From IMG/VR virus record IMGVR_UViG_3300048583_000034, positions 35,181-99,180 of that record: a stretch of 64,000 nucleotides of DNA; one strand, given 5' to 3'. This DNA comes from a virus. The notes beneath the pieces were generated by a model that searched no databases, was not told the DNA's origin, and saw nothing but the letters and a program-made list of their open reading frames with translations. The translations under genes and the position numbers were made by a program. This document shows, piece after piece, positions 61,261 through 64,000 of this stretch. Position 1 is the first letter of the stretch; each line of letters starts with the position of its first letter.

Positions 61261-61551
61261 ATTTTCTGAAAACAGATAATCCTTTTGTCCATCATAACAA
61301 AGGCTCCTAATCTGATTTTGCTCTTCTGCAATTTTCCATGCTTCTTCTCTTGTCAAGAACTCGCCAAATTGATTAATGAACCCTTGATCCCAATTACCAA
61401 AATCTTCTGATTCCAGTTTTTGAGAACGCATGATAGCATCCCAGTGACGAGCACCACAGATGATTCTACCGGATTCCTTATTCTTATTGGCAGCACAAAC
61501 CACTCTGGAAGTAGGTTTGGTCAACCCATTATCTTTCCAGTAGTCGCTCAT
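61252..61551 (-). CDS. conserved phage hypothetical protein
   Basis: VCAA..CGARH..QGFINQFGEFLTREEA. Confidence 0.8.
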   Translation of the reverse strand: MSDYWKDNGLTKPTSRVVCAANKNKESGRIICGARHWDAIMRSQKLESEDFGNWDQGFINQFGEFLTREEAWKIAEEQNQIRSLCYDGQKDYLFSENLY

Positions 61552-61656
61552 CTAAAGATTCCTTTGAATAGGGCTTTAAGCAAGTGCCACAATCCGTAGA
61601 TCATGTATTTAAGTTCTGAGATCAATTTCATTATATGGTTATTATACCCTAGTGTT

Positions 61657-62241
61657 TTATGCATCATCACCCAATAAGGTAAACTCTGCTACTCTAGTCT
61701 CAGTCTCTTCATAATAAGACTCGTTAAAATATGGATTACTATCTAAGCTAAAGTGACAATAAGCACCTTCTTCTCTTATACAATAACCAGAACCTTCTTT
61801 TTTCAAAATGCCTTCAACGATAAAAACTCCATACTGGTTATTACCAGAATGAACTCTTACTTTCTTACCCAAAAATTTTTCCAAATTTTCTTCATATGAA
61901 GGATCTTGCTCGGGGAAGTATTTCAATAACTCTTCATCAGAGGTCTCAGCAAGATACTCATCAAAGTCTTTCTTAAACCTGTCGAGTCTCTCTTTGGATG
62001 TATAATACTTCTCAATAGCACCTAGGGCATTATGGATATAATAGTCCCTTTCCTTATCCTCGAACATACCATCACCTTTAGGATTGGCATGATAAATCAT
62101 TTCGCCACCACAATCAGGAACATTCACGGTAAAACTACCATGGCGCAATCTAAGATAGGCGACTTTCTGACCATCCAACATTACATCATATTGTTCTGGA
62201 CATTGAGAACACGTCTCAACTAATCTATAGTCTTTTTTCAT
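61657..62241 (-). CDS. hypothetical protein
   Basis: TC..CPEQYD..YLRLRHG. Confidence 0.75.
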   Translation of the reverse strand: MKKDYRLVETCSQCPEQYDVMLDGQKVAYLRLRHGSFTVNVPDCGGEMIYHANPKGDGMFEDKERDYYIHNALGAIEKYYTSKERLDRFKKDFDEYLAETSDEELLKYFPEQDPSYEENLEKFLGKKVRVHSGNNQYGVFIVEGILKKEGSGYCIREEGAYCHFSLDSNPYFNESYYEETETRVAEFTLLGDDA

Positions 62242-62277
62242 TGTTAAATAATTATACTGTTTAGGTTAAATAAAGAT

Positions 62278-63072
62278 ATGGATGGCGATACGAAAATTAA
62301 GATGTTGGAGATGTATAATTCGGGTATGGACGGGAGGAAGATATCAGAATTGCTAAATTTAAAGGTTCAAAAGGTGTATTATGAATTACAGCGAATGGGA
62401 TATCAATCCAGATCACAATCACAAATAAAAACAAAATATAAATTCGATGAAAACTTTTTAGAGATTATTGATTGTGAGTGGAAAGCTTATTATTTGGGAT
62501 TTTTATATGCCGATGGAAATCTTTACCAAGATGTTATAAGTTTACATTTAGCAGAAAAGGATAAATTTATTCTTGATAAATTTAATCAATTGATATTTGA
62601 ATCTTTGAAACCTATTAAAAAATGTAAGCGATATTCCGAAAAATCTCAGGTTAGTTACGTTTTAAATATAAACAATAAAAAGTGTGCAATGGATGTGTTC
62701 AAGCTAGGGATAGTCCCTAAAAAATCTTTAATTCTAAAATTTCCAAATATTAATCAAGTTCCCCTAGATTTAATGAATCATTTTATAAGAGGATATTTTG
62801 ATGGTGATGGATGTATCACCAAAACTAAATGGAATGGGAGAATTTCTATTTGTGGAAGCTCTGAGTTTTGTATTGGTCTTAAAAAATATTTGGGCGACTC
62901 ATATCAAATAGAATCCTATATAAACAAACACGAAAAAATCCATGTGTTATCAATCAATAAAAAAGATGCTATAAAAAAATTCTATTCTCTTATATACGAT
63001 GAGACTGATTCCGAACTTTGCTTACCCAGAAAGAGGGATTTGATGAAAATTATAATAGATGATATGTTGTGA
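62278..63072 (+). CDS. LAGLIDADG homing endonuclease (antisense)
   Basis: YYLGFLYADG and FIRGYFDGDG; TAAATA at 62267. Confidence 0.9.
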   Translation: MDGDTKIKMLEMYNSGMDGRKISELLNLKVQKVYYELQRMGYQSRSQSQIKTKYKFDENFLEIIDCEWKAYYLGFLYADGNLYQDVISLHLAEKDKFILDKFNQLIFESLKPIKKCKRYSEKSQVSYVLNINNKKCAMDVFKLGIVPKKSLILKFPNINQVPLDLMNHFIRGYFDGDGCITKTKWNGRISICGSSEFCIGLKKYLGDSYQIESYINKHEKIHVLSINKKDAIKKFYSLIYDETDSELCLPRKRDLMKIIIDDML

Positions 63073-63109
63073 TGCACCACATGTCATTATTAATTCGTAA
63101 TCTTTCATA

Positions 63110-63508
63110 TCAATAATCTGCGTCACTATAATGATAAGTTCTAATAGTAATCGGAAGAGTGCCACCAGCAGCAACATACGATGCGGTGCATTTGTCCAAA
63201 GATGCTACAATAATTTCATATTGTCTTCTCTTTCTAGCCAAGAAAGATTCAATTGCTTCTCTCCTAGTTTCGTGTGCGAATCTTTTACTTCCACTATTCA
63301 AAACAAATTTTTTGAAATTCACATTAGAGGCAAAGCTTTCTCCAGCCGACCAACCATTCATGATCCAACATCCTTTAGGTGTTTCTTTCAAAATCTTATA
63401 GCTATAACAGTATACGGTAACACTATTAACACCAGTGGAGGCATCACATCTGAATAAGAAATCTCCATTCTCTGGGCTATCGTCTGCATTAATTATCATA
63501 AAATCCAA
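63110..63508 (-). CDS. hypothetical protein
   Basis: KETPKG.WI..KRFAHET..EA..SF. Confidence 0.7.
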   Translation of the reverse strand: MDFMIINADDSPENGDFLFRCDASTGVNSVTVYCYSYKILKETPKGCWIMNGWSAGESFASNVNFKKFVLNSGSKRFAHETRREAIESFLARKRRQYEIIVASLDKCTASYVAAGGTLPITIRTYHYSDADY

Positions 63509-63963
63509 TTTGGTTTATCTCTACCTGTCCAGTTAAAGATATGTTGTTTCTCACCCATATAATAGTTGCGATACGACTCAATCGGATCAGAGGTTTTGTA
63601 TTGGTCAGGCATAGCCAAGGGGAATTGTGTCAGACCAGTTTTAGGAAATGTTAGTAGATGTTGGTTATCCCAGACCCACTTTAATAGCAAAGAACTTTTA
63701 TGAACGTTGTTATAACGATAATTGAATTCTTTGGAAAGAGCATATACGTATTGGACAACAAAATCAAAATTTTCAAATGACTCTCTAGTGAAGATAGCAC
63801 AAGGATGATTTTGATGTGTCTTCTTATATGGCGCATCAATACCTTGCATATGAAATGCGGTGCATAGAAGTTGCATGCCCTCAAGAATCATTTTGGAGCA
63901 ATGTTTATCGACATGATATTCCGCATTTGTGTCAGGATCACGGTCCAATAAAAAGATGTTCAT
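63496..63963 (-). CDS. pyrimidine-dimer DNA glycosylase-like protein
   Basis: MNIF.LD..DKH..KMILE..HQNHPC..YRNYY. Confidence 0.75.
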   Translation of the reverse strand: MNIFLLDRDPDTNAEYHVDKHCSKMILEGMQLLCTAFHMQGIDAPYKKTHQNHPCAIFTRESFENFDFVVQYVYALSKEFNYRYNNVHKSSLLLKWVWDNQHLLTFPKTGLTQFPLAMPDQYKTSDPIESYRNYYMGEKQHIFNWTGRDKPNWIL

Positions 63964-64000
63964 GTATATGTTATACTCTAGTGTTTAATCACAAATTTCT

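Larger units (their letters stand above)
21798..63990 (-). promoter_or_regulatory. dispersed array of ~55 early promoters TAAA(A)CACTAG-N2-TANA(A/C)T
   Basis: CTAGTGTTT(T)A on + strand at approx. 21806, 22060, 22176, 22810, 22933, 23044, 23226, 23418, 23684, 24144, 24402, 25160, 31237, 41778, 49938, 54847, 58590, 63978 and others; usually 5-9 nt before an ATG. Confidence 0.9.

Noticed and set aside
1-64000. Stop-codon reassignment
   Set aside because: Conserved enzymes are full length in the standard code, all three stops are used and no suppressor tRNA was found

Overview
A 64-kb, AT-rich segment of a large T4-like/jumbo dsDNA phage, probably infecting a Gram-negative host (lipoprotein spanin candidate); standard genetic code. 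Left arm (1-21.3 kb, mostly + strand): a cluster of 14 tRNAs interleaved with homing endonucleases and structured ncRNAs, then a 2H phosphoesterase, M23 peptidase, split CoaB/CoaC, dUTPase, a lysis cassette, RlpA, ThyX, a CCA-adding enzyme and a kinase-like protein. Right arm (21.3-64 kb, - strand): short early-gene cassettes, many headed by the motif TAAAACACTAG-N2-TANAAT (about 55 copies by eye). These include a SF1 helicase, SprT, rIIA/rIIB, a PRS+NAMPT (NARP1-like) pair and 4 more tRNAs, with six antisense homing endonucleases carrying a TAAATA late-type promoter. The most unusual signals are RNAs that resemble the translation machinery: (i) a ~245-nt ncRNA resembling the 23S rRNA L11/L10-binding domain with a ~170-nt insertion; (ii) two tRNAs with equal-length 35-nt hairpin inserts in the anticodon; (iii) a cluster of RNAs that keep only a tRNA acceptor stem/T-arm; (iv) a possible L1-stalk mimic. 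Several late enzymes, including the CCA enzyme and kinases, carry a T4-like capsid-targeting N-terminus. All calls come from reading motifs by eye; no searches were run.
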